The notes beneath the pieces were generated by a model. That model saw nothing but the letters and a program-made list of their open reading frames with translations. It was not told the DNA's origin and ran no database searches. A DNA stretch of 64,000 bases. Origin: a virus. The translations under genes and the position numbers were made by a program. The first letter of the stretch is position 1. Every line of letters begins with the position of its first letter. The stretch covers positions 1-64,000 of the IMG/VR virus record IMGVR_UViG_3300031992_000005. One strand, written 5' to 3'. Shown here piece by piece: positions 18,216-26,208 of the stretch.

Positions 18216-18275
18216 AATACATATTGTATTGTTTCGTACATAATTAAAGAAATAGGGGGAAAAGAAAAGGGCTCA

Positions 18276-18785
18276 TTAGAACCCCTTTTTTGTCTCTTTA
18301 TCCAATGTCTGTAAGATCGTAGGTAAATTTCCTGCTCCCCAAGACATTGACTTGATAATACTTCCTGCAATATTATTACTAATCGGATAACCTTGAATAA
18401 ATAAGTGTGATAACTTACAGTAGCTAATCTCTTTTGTCCTGCAATAGTTAGACTTGGCTACTCCAATAATAGGGGGATGTTTTCCGTTAAGAGCTTTTGA
18501 TAGATGCATACCTAAGCCATCTTTTATATTCCCATCATTATCTTTTAATAAGATATACCCATCTAAGATAATATACTCAATCCCATTTAATGATATCTTC
18601 CTAAGTAAGTCTAGAATTGGTGGTAATTCCCTTTTATAGAACTCACCTGGAATATAAGATGAATATTTATCACTGGGAAGAATACTTTTTATAATATCAT
18701 GTGGGTAGGAGCAACCCAATTCAAAGATCACCCCTACCGTATGAGCTTCTCTTGGAAGATAATAAGTATCAATCGCTAGAACCAC
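18276..18785 (-). CDS. nfi: endonuclease V-like nuclease
   Basis: 169 aa. LAIDT, YIPGEFYKRELPPIL, ILDG and PIIGVAK align by eye with the catalytic D/E/D and IGVAK motifs of E. coli Nfi. It is shorter than Nfi. Confidence 0.65.
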   Translation of the reverse strand: MVLAIDTYYLPREAHTVGVIFELGCSYPHDIIKSILPSDKYSSYIPGEFYKRELPPILDLLRKISLNGIEYIILDGYILLKDNDGNIKDGLGMHLSKALNGKHPPIIGVAKSNYCRTKEISYCKLSHLFIQGYPISNNIAGSIIKSMSWGAGNLPTILQTLDKETKKGF

Positions 18786-19506
18786 CTAAGTCAATGATTT
18801 TAAGATCACCTACCCTATCTTTTAAGAAGAATTCGTAATACTCATCCTCGTCATTGATAAGAATAGTATAGGTGTTTTTCTCTTGATCTGTCAAGGATAA
18901 TATCCATTCATGGCCAAACTTATGTTTTAGACCAAGCTTCGATATTCTGAAGATATAAAGCTGGGATTCATCATTATAAGTTTCACCATTCTCTTCCTTA
19001 ATTGGCCTGATAGCTGCTACCAAGTTAATTGAATAGCCTAAGAGGTTGCTTTGATCTTTGTTCTCTGCAAGAATCTTAAGCCCCTTGAATGGTATAACTT
19101 TTCGATTCTCATCAAAGTATTTACCTACTAAGTTATAGTAGGAAGCAGTCTCGATCATATTCATGTGATGACTGTAAGGGATAAATTTATGCATTATCTT
19201 TGGCTTTCCCTTATCCTTTTCATCAATCATGATAAAGCCCTCTGGAATGATTCTATCTTCTTTAACTTCAGGGTCTTTTCCTACTGTATATTTAATTAGG
19301 TAGGTCATTGTAACTGGTTCATATCCACTAATTTCGTGAATATGCGCTTCCTGATAGTTTTCTTTGATTTCATCATTCTCTAGAGTTTCATAGGTGGCAA
19401 AGATAACTTCGGTTCCAACATATTTTAGTATATTGCCACCACCAACTAACCACTTATAGTCTCCTGGCTGGAAACTATAATCTTTAATAAATTGTTCTTT
19501 AGTCAT
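18769..19506 (-). CDS. hypothetical protein
   Basis: 245-aa ORF. Confidence 0.6.
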   Translation of the reverse strand: MTKEQFIKDYSFQPGDYKWLVGGGNILKYVGTEVIFATYETLENDEIKENYQEAHIHEISGYEPVTMTYLIKYTVGKDPEVKEDRIIPEGFIMIDEKDKGKPKIMHKFIPYSHHMNMIETASYYNLVGKYFDENRKVIPFKGLKILAENKDQSNLLGYSINLVAAIRPIKEENGETYNDESQLYIFRISKLGLKHKFGHEWILSLTDQEKNTYTILINDEDEYYEFFLKDRVGDLKIIDLGGSSD

Positions 19507-20027
19507 AACTTTATTATATCTGTTTTTAAAGGTTTTTCTATTATCCAGGGTTCTATATAACTGCTAGTTGTTATAAACATTGAAAGAAGTATGTTTGTTT
19601 TGAAAAAACCTATTAGTCTACGTTCATCGTAGAACCTAGGGAATACTTCGCCTAGTGAAAAACAAAGGTCATCTGGTAAATGATGTCCTGTCATTAATTT
19701 CACCCTATTTCTCGTACTAGAACTAATTTTTATTGAAGTCGCAGGTATATCATAACATTGTATGTTTGGGGAAGTACATCCTTTAGCCAATTTAGATATA
19801 GTTTTCTTCATATACTCAATCAGTTCTAACTTCCTACCATAGAGTTCGTAGAGTTTAGGGGTATCCTTAATGTCAACTTTATTTAGGTTTTCCTCTATGT
19901 ATAACCACTTTTTCATCCAAATATTTAGATCTAACTCCGTACCCATTATGGATATTGAAGTAGATTCTACTCTATATAAAGTTTTGTTATCTGGGAAATA
20001 ATACCATTTTTCAGCAATCATATCCAA
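19503..20027 (-). CDS. hypothetical protein
   Basis: 174-aa ORF. Confidence 0.55.
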   Translation of the reverse strand: MDMIAEKWYYFPDNKTLYRVESTSISIMGTELDLNIWMKKWLYIEENLNKVDIKDTPKLYELYGRKLELIEYMKKTISKLAKGCTSPNIQCYDIPATSIKISSSTRNRVKLMTGHHLPDDLCFSLGEVFPRFYDERRLIGFFKTNILLSMFITTSSYIEPWIIEKPLKTDIIKL

Positions 20028-20545
20028 ACAAGATCTTTTCGCTTACTACTTAATATTGGATTTTTGTAATAACCCTTATTGACTAACCAAAGATCTATAC
20101 TTTCCCAATCAACAACGGGTTTGTATTCACCATTCTCATTATAGTAATCAATGAGGGGCATCATTGCACCATGATCGTCTATATAAACATCTGCATATAC
20201 TTTCCTACTAGGGGGATATATACTATCATCTATGGGGAATTCATTTACAGCATATAGGTGAATTCCTTGTTCCCTAACAAGATTTATAGCAGGTAGTAGT
20301 GTATCTGGACAACCAGGTACAGCTACATGTTCCCTTTGTGTGTAGAGAATGATTTTGTGACCGTTTCTTTCTAATTCCTTTAGAACTTCAAATGCTCCAG
20401 GTATTATCTTTCCTACCCCTGGCCACTTTTCGTAAACTAATGTATTATCAAAATCTACGGCAATAATTTTGCCTCTGCTATTTTCAGGCATTCTCTTAAT
20501 AAGACCCGAAATAAGCTTTTCAGTAAGTTTTCTTAAGATCTTCAT
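20018..20545 (-). CDS. HAD-superfamily phosphatase
   Basis: 175 aa. Motif I is IIAVDFDNTLV (DxDxT), motif II ILYTQRE, and VYIDDHG is motif IV-like. Confidence 0.7.
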   Translation of the reverse strand: MKILRKLTEKLISGLIKRMPENSRGKIIAVDFDNTLVYEKWPGVGKIIPGAFEVLKELERNGHKIILYTQREHVAVPGCPDTLLPAINLVREQGIHLYAVNEFPIDDSIYPPSRKVYADVYIDDHGAMMPLIDYYNENGEYKPVVDWESIDLWLVNKGYYKNPILSSKRKDLVWI

Positions 20546-20574
20546 ACATTGTTAAGGATTTATGGGGAAGAAAA

Positions 20575-20604
20575 AAGAAAAAAGAAGTCCATAAAGGGCT
20601 TCTT
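20575..20604 (-). terminator. intrinsic terminator
   Basis: AAGAAGTCC...GGGCTTCTT hairpin flanked by A- and T-runs. Same family as 21269-21304 and 22026-22056. Confidence 0.6.
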
Positions 20605-20642
20605 TTCTTATAGGAGTGATTTGATTCTTTATCTAACAACTT

Positions 20643-21227
20643 CTAATTTTTTACCCAATCTTGAAGCTCAAGCATTAGGTTCATACTTTTCAGTGTTTTC
20701 TTCAATTCATCTACGATCATAACAATCAGGTCGATTGAAAGAAATCTCTCTTCTTCGTCCTCAGGTTTTTCGTCGATTCCAACGTACAGTTGAAGACCTC
20801 TCTTCTTATCGTAAGAGAGTTGGGCCGAGTATGTACGAGTAGGGGATTCCTGCTTACGTTCTCTGATATAGATAGTGCTTGACCAAGATACCTTGAATTC
20901 ACTTGAATGGGGTTCTTCTTTTTTCTCAGGATTGAATACATAATTCAATCCTCTGGAAATCAAACTATATTTAATGATAAACTTTGGGGTTATAACATTA
21001 ATCCCCGACTTAGTTACTCTTAGATAAGTACTGTCAAAATCTTTGACTGCACCTAATTTGTCGCCAATTGGAATCATTTCACCATCTTCGTGTTTCATCA
21101 ATTCCGACAGACCTTCATCTAATATGAGTGGCATTGCAGCTGCCTTTTTCATTTCGAGGCCTTCTTCTACTAATGTAATAAATTTTGTTTTTCTCATTTT
21201 TTTTTTGAAATTTAAAAAGTTATACAT
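20643..21227 (-). CDS. hypothetical protein
   Basis: 194-aa ORF flanked by a terminator-promoter cassette. Confidence 0.6.
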   Translation of the reverse strand: MYNFLNFKKKMRKTKFITLVEEGLEMKKAAAMPLILDEGLSELMKHEDGEMIPIGDKLGAVKDFDSTYLRVTKSGINVITPKFIIKYSLISRGLNYVFNPEKKEEPHSSEFKVSWSSTIYIRERKQESPTRTYSAQLSYDKKRGLQLYVGIDEKPEDEEERFLSIDLIVMIVDELKKTLKSMNLMLELQDWVKN

Positions 21228-21240
21228 ATATTTTTATTAT

Positions 21241-21266
21241 CTCTATACATAAGGCATTAATAGGAT
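21241..21266 (-). promoter_or_regulatory. phage promoter-like motif
   Basis: Coding strand reads ATCCTATTAATGCCTTATGTATAGAG, upstream of 20643-21227. Confidence 0.6.
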
Positions 21267-21268
21267 AA

Positions 21269-21304
21269 GAAAAAAAAAGAAGTCTTTGACGGGCTTCTTT
21301 TTTC
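21269..21304. terminator. hairpin flanked by A-run and T-run
   Basis: AAGAAGTCTTTGACGGGCTTCTT, downstream of 21323-21955. Confidence 0.6.
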
Positions 21305-21322
21305 AGTTTATGTATTGTTCTT

Positions 21323-21955
21323 TTATTCTGCTACAGTTTTGAAGAAATCTGCTACAGCTACAGTCATGTTCTTTACCCAAGTGTTAGCATCTGGTAATAG
21401 TTTACTCCCCAGAGGTATCCACTCTGTAATATCCGTTATTCCCATTCGAATATTAAATCCATTGCCACCGAGATGTTTCTCGAGCTGTAAGAGCACATTT
21501 ATAGTTACTTCACCCCTTGCTTCATAGAGAAGCATGAACTCTGACCCTCTTAATCTTATTCCGTTCTTTTTTACGTTGGTGAGTTCATTGTTATACTCTC
21601 GGTGCAGAGGATATAAGGAATACTGTATACTTTTATTTGACTGAGTATCTAGCAGTTCTATGTCAATTCTATATCCGTTCTTCACTGGTACGATTATCTG
21701 GAGGTCTTTGAGTACCAGACGATCCGTTCCAAAGAACTTTTTCAAATAATGCCCCACTATTTTGTTAGGAGCCTTTATCTCACTATATCCGCTTGATATA
21801 ATAAGATCAAGTATTTTCTTCACCATTTTTTCACAAAACTTCTCATCCTCAGAGAAAAATTTCGTGAACATCTCATCTGCTAAGAATGGGATGTTTCTTT
21901 TTTCTTTCAACTCTATAGAGAGCTGGTGATTAATTAATCCTTTAAATTCTGCCAT
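21323..21955 (-). CDS. hypothetical protein, tandem paralogue 1
   Basis: 210 aa, similar in length and in motifs (IPF.A, LLQ.EK...GF.IR.G) to 22079-22714. It has its own promoter motif and terminator. Confidence 0.65.
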   Translation of the reverse strand: MAEFKGLINHQLSIELKEKRNIPFLADEMFTKFFSEDEKFCEKMVKKILDLIISSGYSEIKAPNKIVGHYLKKFFGTDRLVLKDLQIIVPVKNGYRIDIELLDTQSNKSIQYSLYPLHREYNNELTNVKKNGIRLRGSEFMLLYEARGEVTINVLLQLEKHLGGNGFNIRMGITDITEWIPLGSKLLPDANTWVKNMTVAVADFFKTVAE

Positions 21956-21995
21956 TTCTTATTTTTTTTTTGTGTTAAACAAATAATAAAATTAT

Positions 21996-22021
21996 CTCTA
22001 TGTATAAGGCATTAATAGGAT
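21996..22021 (-). promoter_or_regulatory. phage promoter-like motif
   Basis: Differs from 21241-21266 at two positions. Upstream of 21323-21955. Confidence 0.6.
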
Positions 22022-22025
22022 AAGT

Positions 22026-22056
22026 AAAAAAAAGAAGTCTTTGACAGGCTTCTTTT
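22026..22056. terminator. hairpin flanked by A-run and T-run
   Basis: AAGAAGTCTTTGACAGGCTTCTT, a near-copy of 21269-21304. Confidence 0.6.
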
Positions 22057-22078
22057 TATTAATTAGATGAGTAGAAAA

Positions 22079-22714
22079 TTAAGAATTTTCTTCTACGGAA
22101 ATTTCAGCTATTCTTTTAAATAACTTCACTAAACTATTAGTTACGTGATGAATTCCGGCCTTTATTGCTAATTTAGTCGCTAGTCCGATACCTTCAAGCT
22201 CTTTCTTTGAAAGACCGAATCTAATATCAAATCCAGTTTTCTTTTTTTCGATCTGAAGAAGTGACATTACTTTTGTAGTTTCAATTCCAAATTCTACGAC
22301 GAGAATAAATTCACTCTTTCTACTACCATCATTTGTTCTTGAATAATCAAACTCCTTAAAGCAAGGATAAACTTCAAGTTTCACTTCTTTATCCGGATTT
22401 TTAACTGCCGAAAGTCCAATTGCAAGGTAATTCCCATTCTTTTCTAGGGTTCTAATTCTTAGATTTTTCAACTTATCTATTTCTAGATCAATGAGAGAAA
22501 ATACTCCCATTAGGTTAGATTCAACTACCTTAAATGCTTCACTCTGACAAGTTTTTTCAATATATGAGAAAAATTTATCAATGAATTGATCTATTTGGTC
22601 TTTATCTTTCCCAAAAAATTGATTTAACTTTTGTTCTGCGTAGAATGGGATAATATTTCCACCCTCTACTTTTACTTTTCTAAAACTAGTAATAAAATCT
22701 TTTTCTAAATCCAT
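22079..22714 (-). CDS. hypothetical protein, tandem paralogue 2
   Basis: 211 aa, paralogous to 21323-21955. It has a near-identical flanking regulatory cassette. Confidence 0.65.
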   Translation of the reverse strand: MDLEKDFITSFRKVKVEGGNIIPFYAEQKLNQFFGKDKDQIDQFIDKFFSYIEKTCQSEAFKVVESNLMGVFSLIDLEIDKLKNLRIRTLEKNGNYLAIGLSAVKNPDKEVKLEVYPCFKEFDYSRTNDGSRKSEFILVVEFGIETTKVMSLLQIEKKKTGFDIRFGLSKKELEGIGLATKLAIKAGIHHVTNSLVKLFKRIAEISVEENS

Positions 22715-22752
22715 TTGATTTTTTTTTATTAATTAATAATAAATTTAATTAT

Positions 22753-22776
22753 CTCTATGTATAAGGCATTCACTGG
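22753..22776 (-). promoter_or_regulatory. phage promoter-like motif
   Basis: Plus strand reads CTCTATGTATAAGGCATTCACTGG. Upstream of 22079-22714. Confidence 0.6.
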
Positions 22777-22780
22777 AAAT

Positions 22781-22805
22781 AAAAAAGTCCGCCATAATAG
22801 CGGAC
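22781..22805 (-). terminator. intrinsic terminator
   Basis: GTCCGC/GCGGAC stem plus T6 on the minus strand. Confidence 0.7.
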
Positions 22806-22812
22806 AATGCTT

Positions 22813-23289
22813 TTACTTGACATTATCATTATATCTCAGGTTATATTGATACTTGACGAGTCTCCACCAAGTTTCAAATATATCATATACCTGATCTCTA
22901 TCTAGACCTAGTTGATAATGATCAGGTCCCATTCTGAGAATAGTTTCTTTTATATCTGCCCATTCAGGACTACCTAAGTAGTCTGACATTGCTTCTAGGC
23001 AATATTTCAAGTAACCTTCCCCTGGTCCCTCTTTTATCAATCTTTCGGTCCATCCCCAGACAAGCTTTTCCATGCTCTTATCTTCTCTCCTGGTTTTACT
23101 AAGAAAACCTTCAAGTGAACCTAATAGTTTGAATGTCTTAAAGTACTTAGAATTTCCTGCAGGACATCCAATAGTTCTTGGAATTCTACAGCTATTTCCA
23201 ACGCGAAGATCGCAGTACTTACACTTGTCTACGCCCTCTGGTGCTCTCAGTTTTTCTTTACCTTTTGTGAAAATGTCAACAATATTCAT
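22813..23289 (-). CDS. hypothetical Cys-containing protein
   Basis: 158 aa with an N-terminal CKYCDLRVGNSCRIPRTIGC cluster. Confidence 0.55.
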   Translation of the reverse strand: MNIVDIFTKGKEKLRAPEGVDKCKYCDLRVGNSCRIPRTIGCPAGNSKYFKTFKLLGSLEGFLSKTRREDKSMEKLVWGWTERLIKEGPGEGYLKYCLEAMSDYLGSPEWADIKETILRMGPDHYQLGLDRDQVYDIFETWWRLVKYQYNLRYNDNVK

Positions 23290-23346
23290 AGGACTAAAAT
23301 AAATTTACAATACATATTTAAGGATTTAACTTCCCCAAATATTCTC

Positions 23347-23913
23347 CTAACAAGTAAATTCTCCAGAATCTACTATTTCACCCCAATTACTGCACTTTTC
23401 TACGTAAAAGTCAAAGTATTCCTTTTTCATTAATTGTGGTAAAGCTTCATTAAATTCAACACTGTTTGCATCTAAAGCATAAAAAGGAGAAATACACTTG
23501 TAGTTATAAAATCCAAGAAATAACCTTTTACAGTGTCTTCCCGTCAACGGCTTTATACTAGAGTATTTCAGATCTCTCCATCCATAATTTAATACAAATC
23601 CTGAATGATAAATAAAGTCTATAGATAGCCCTATAGTATATATTCCATGTGTTTTTCCAAAAGATAATATTCCACGTCTCGCTCCCGTGCAATTAAAGAT
23701 CATACTCTTTAATCGAAAGTCGCTGGAGGTTATTAATTTTTTTAAAGTCAACTCATCAGTTTCTGGTGGTAAGTTACTGAGAGTCTCCATATATTGTGTA
23801 TATTTTCGCGTATTAGTCCATTTAGTGGGACAGATAACTGAATTTGGTGTAAGAAAATGAAGTTCTTTAAGCCTAAGATCATTTTTAAATGTAATATACC
23901 ACTTGACATTCAT
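23347..23913 (-). CDS. hypothetical protein
   Basis: 188-aa ORF. Confidence 0.55.
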   Translation of the reverse strand: MNVKWYITFKNDLRLKELHFLTPNSVICPTKWTNTRKYTQYMETLSNLPPETDELTLKKLITSSDFRLKSMIFNCTGARRGILSFGKTHGIYTIGLSIDFIYHSGFVLNYGWRDLKYSSIKPLTGRHCKRLFLGFYNYKCISPFYALDANSVEFNEALPQLMKKEYFDFYVEKCSNWGEIVDSGEFTC

Positions 23914-24356
23914 ATTTGTATTAATTTACTTTCAAAAATTATAGTTTTTTGTTGATAATCTTTGAAAAGACGAAAAATTTCAGAGAATGAGATTTCTTCT
24001 ACTCCTTGTGGGAAAGGAAATGAATCACAAAAAATTTTAAACTTAGCAGAGTAGTAAAGATTCGTTGCTTGCTTGTTGGAGAATTTAATTAGGGGATTTT
24101 CAATATTTATCAAAGAAGCTCTCCAATACGGAATAACTATAGGAGTAAAATTTAAATTAATATAGTTTAGTCGTTGTGCTTCCGTTAGGCCATTAAAGAA
24201 TTTGACATAATCTTTGTCTACCCTATAACAGTTACTTAAATTAATGTAAACTGGATTATTAATTGTCCACCAAGCTTTTTTCAGGAAAATTATATATTCT
24301 TGTTGGAGTCTTTTATTTCCGAGTATGATCCATCTAAATTCTGCCATCTTATCCAC
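23910..24356 (-). CDS. hypothetical protein
   Basis: 148-aa ORF. It overlaps the upstream ORF by 67 nt, so the start is uncertain. Confidence 0.5.
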   Translation of the reverse strand: MDKMAEFRWIILGNKRLQQEYIIFLKKAWWTINNPVYINLSNCYRVDKDYVKFFNGLTEAQRLNYINLNFTPIVIPYWRASLINIENPLIKFSNKQATNLYYSAKFKIFCDSFPFPQGVEEISFSEIFRLFKDYQQKTIIFESKLIQI

Positions 24357-24832
24357 TTATAAGTATTAGTCCAATTAGTATATTTAAAGAAATCCCACAG
24401 TTTTTTATCACTGAGATAATCTAATCTAGGAAATACCCGCTTATCTAATACAGATCCCTCCCGTTCTCTTACACAAGTTTTTATTAAGTAGGGGGATAAT
24501 AATTTTATTGTAGTTCTATTAACAAAAGCGTACGTATATTTTCTAAATACAGGTAACTCTAGTTCAGAAGTTATAGTAGCAAATACAGGATTTCTTATAT
24601 CTAAATTTTCTGAACAAAATTTATCCCAATCCTGTACTATACCTGTCCTGCTATTTCCTACATAGTAGTTATTATAGTACCTCAAAAGTCTATTTTGATC
24701 TACTACATAAAATTTCATCATTTCTTTTCTAAATACCTCAATAACAGGAATAAGCCTAGCTTCAATTCGCTTATTTCCTAAGAAATGTGCATATTCTTCT
24801 GTATATGCTACTAGTACGGCTTCATCTTTCAT
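24290..24832 (-). CDS. hypothetical protein
   Basis: 180-aa ORF, first gene left of the divergent promoter region. Confidence 0.55.
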   Translation of the reverse strand: MKDEAVLVAYTEEYAHFLGNKRIEARLIPVIEVFRKEMMKFYVVDQNRLLRYYNNYYVGNSRTGIVQDWDKFCSENLDIRNPVFATITSELELPVFRKYTYAFVNRTTIKLLSPYLIKTCVREREGSVLDKRVFPRLDYLSDKKLWDFFKYTNWTNTYKWIRWQNLDGSYSEIKDSNKNI

Positions 24833-24900
24833 ATTGTATTTTTATTACAGTATTAAGGAAACGAAAGCCTGCTTAATGCAGAGTCCAGTTTGGGAAAAGT

Positions 24901-24919
24901 TTAAAGCCTTATATGTGAG
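24901..24919 (+). promoter_or_regulatory. phage promoter-like motif (TTAAAGCCTTATATGTGAG)
   Basis: First of two tandem plus-strand motifs in the divergent region 24833-25014. Confidence 0.5.
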
Positions 24920-24955
24920 TATATAATTTAATGCGGGGCAAAAATCTCAAAACCC

Positions 24956-24980
24956 GTTAAACCCTTATATATAGAGATAA
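24956..24980 (+). promoter_or_regulatory. phage promoter-like motif (GTTAAACCCTTATATATAGAGATAA)
   Basis: About 44 nt upstream of the ATG at 25015. Confidence 0.6.
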
Positions 24981-25014
24981 TTAACATTAATTAATTTTTA
25001 AAACATTCAGCAAT

Positions 25015-25293
25015 ATGAAGAACAACACAGAAGATACTTCTTCACAGCAGGAAGTAAAGAACGAAAACGAGAACGTGAACGCGAACAACAACAAGAAAAG
25101 TGGAAAACGCATCGTAAGGGATATACTGTGGTTTGTTACAGGAGCAGCCGTAGGTTGCAGTGGCACGCTGCTGTACAACAAGTCTCGTAGCGGCAAAGGA
25201 ACAGAAGAACCAAAGCCGCAGACTCAGTCACAGCAGTACAACAACAACACTGGAAACAACCGCCCATTCAATGGCAACAACGGTCAGCGATAG
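25015..25293 (+). CDS. small membrane protein, YtxH-like (tentative)
   Basis: 92 aa. WFVTGAAVGCSGTLLYNKSRSGKG resembles the YtxH motif. Termini are N/Q-rich. Promoter motif upstream, terminator at 25325-25353. Confidence 0.5.
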   Translation: MKNNTEDTSSQQEVKNENENVNANNNKKSGKRIVRDILWFVTGAAVGCSGTLLYNKSRSGKGTEEPKPQTQSQQYNNNTGNNRPFNGNNGQR

Positions 25294-25324
25294 ATAATAT
25301 TCCGACGAGAGCGAATCCATGTAG

Positions 25325-25353
25325 AGCGATCTTTAGGGATCGCTTTTTTTTTT
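25325..25353 (+). terminator. intrinsic terminator
   Basis: AGCGATC/GATCGCT stem plus T10. Confidence 0.75.
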
Positions 25354-25364
25354 CTTTCACATAA

Positions 25365-25387
25365 CCCCTCAAAGCCTTATATATAAG
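25365..25387 (+). promoter_or_regulatory. phage promoter-like motif (CCCCTCAAAGCCTTATATATAAG)
   Basis: Immediately follows the terminator and precedes micro-ORF 25408. Confidence 0.55.
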
Positions 25388-25407
25388 AATAATTAAATTA
25401 TAATAAT

Positions 25408-25509
25408 ATGGAAGAAGAAGAGAAAAAAGAATTCAGCGAGAATCTAATTTATTTTATTGCATTTTTAATCTCAATTGCAACTATAAGTTATTATGGAAGA
25501 AAAAAATAA
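25408..25509 (+). CDS. 33-aa micro-ORF, one TM
   Basis: MEEEEKKEFSENLIYFIAFLISIATISYYGRKK. It lies about 25 nt downstream of promoter motif 25365-25387. Confidence 0.3.
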   Translation: MEEEEKKEFSENLIYFIAFLISIATISYYGRKK

Positions 25510-25648
25510 AGATTTCTCGGATTATGTAGTGGACGGTTTGGATTACCTCACAGAGGAATTATTCCCTACAGTTTTTAGAATTTTGAAAAAAGCAACGCCC
25601 GTTTTAGTAGGAATCGCTATTGGAGCTTGGGCATCATCGGAAAAGTAA
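25493..25648 (+). CDS. 51-aa small protein, C-terminal TM
   Basis: MEEKNKDFSDYVVDGLDY...PVLVGIAIGAWASSEK. It overlaps the previous micro-ORF and is followed by terminator 25645-25669. Confidence 0.35.
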   Translation: MEEKNKDFSDYVVDGLDYLTEELFPTVFRILKKATPVLVGIAIGAWASSEK

Positions 25649-25669
25649 CCAGAAATGGTTACTTTTTTT
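25645..25669 (+). terminator. intrinsic terminator
   Basis: GTAACC/GGTTAC stem plus T7, followed by an ATCCTTTTAAAACCTTAC cassette variant. Confidence 0.7.
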
Positions 25670-25745
25670 ATCCTTTTAAAACCTTACTCGTGTAATTGAA
25701 AAAGAAAATTTATTTATTTATTAACAATTTATATATTATTATTTT

Positions 25746-25946
25746 ATGAATCAACATTTTAATGGTAGGCGCAACAGATTTTATGGCGCAAACGACAGTA
25801 GAGGTGGTGGAGGCTTAAAAATGCTTTATCAGTGGGCCTTCAAAGTTGGAGAAGGATTAACCGATGTAGGGTTAATTGTGATGGTAGCTACAGTTATAGT
25901 AGCTATTTGTGACAGTTTTATTAATTCAATCTTAAATAAGAAATGA
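25746..25946 (+). CDS. small membrane protein
   Basis: 66 aa with a C-terminal hydrophobic helix. Confidence 0.45.
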   Translation: MNQHFNGRRNRFYGANDSRGGGGLKMLYQWAFKVGEGLTDVGLIVMVATVIVAICDSFINSILNKK

Positions 25947-26131
25947 AAATGGACTTTAAACTTTTTACAAACGAGTGGGCATCTCGTCCTTTATTTGGAA
26001 AGGATAGACAACTCGAACAGCTAATAAAGCACGCTGGTGGTAAGTTAACAATAGTTCTTGTGATATTCACAGCATTGATATCTATCATCCGGCTTTCTGC
26101 AATGAATAGTGATAGCTGCGATAGATCATAG
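25943..26131 (+). CDS. small membrane protein
   Basis: 62 aa with one hydrophobic helix and a 4-nt overlap onto the previous ORF. Confidence 0.45.
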   Translation: MKMDFKLFTNEWASRPLFGKDRQLEQLIKHAGGKLTIVLVIFTALISIIRLSAMNSDSCDRS

Positions 26132-26208
26132 CTCCTTGAAGATAATATATAATATATAGGAGGTATGATCTGTTTTATTTCGTTTTCATAAATCTAAGAT
26201 AAATAAAA

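Noticed and set aside
23910-24356. Long gene overlaps as programmed frameshift sites: 67 nt at 24290-24356, 77 nt at 49977-50053, 46 nt at 32502-32547 and 44 nt at 12058-12101.
   Set aside because: I could not find slippery heptamers or homopolymers in the overlaps. Misassigned upstream-most start codons are the simpler explanation. Only the G10 site at 34955-34964 has a convincing slippage substrate.
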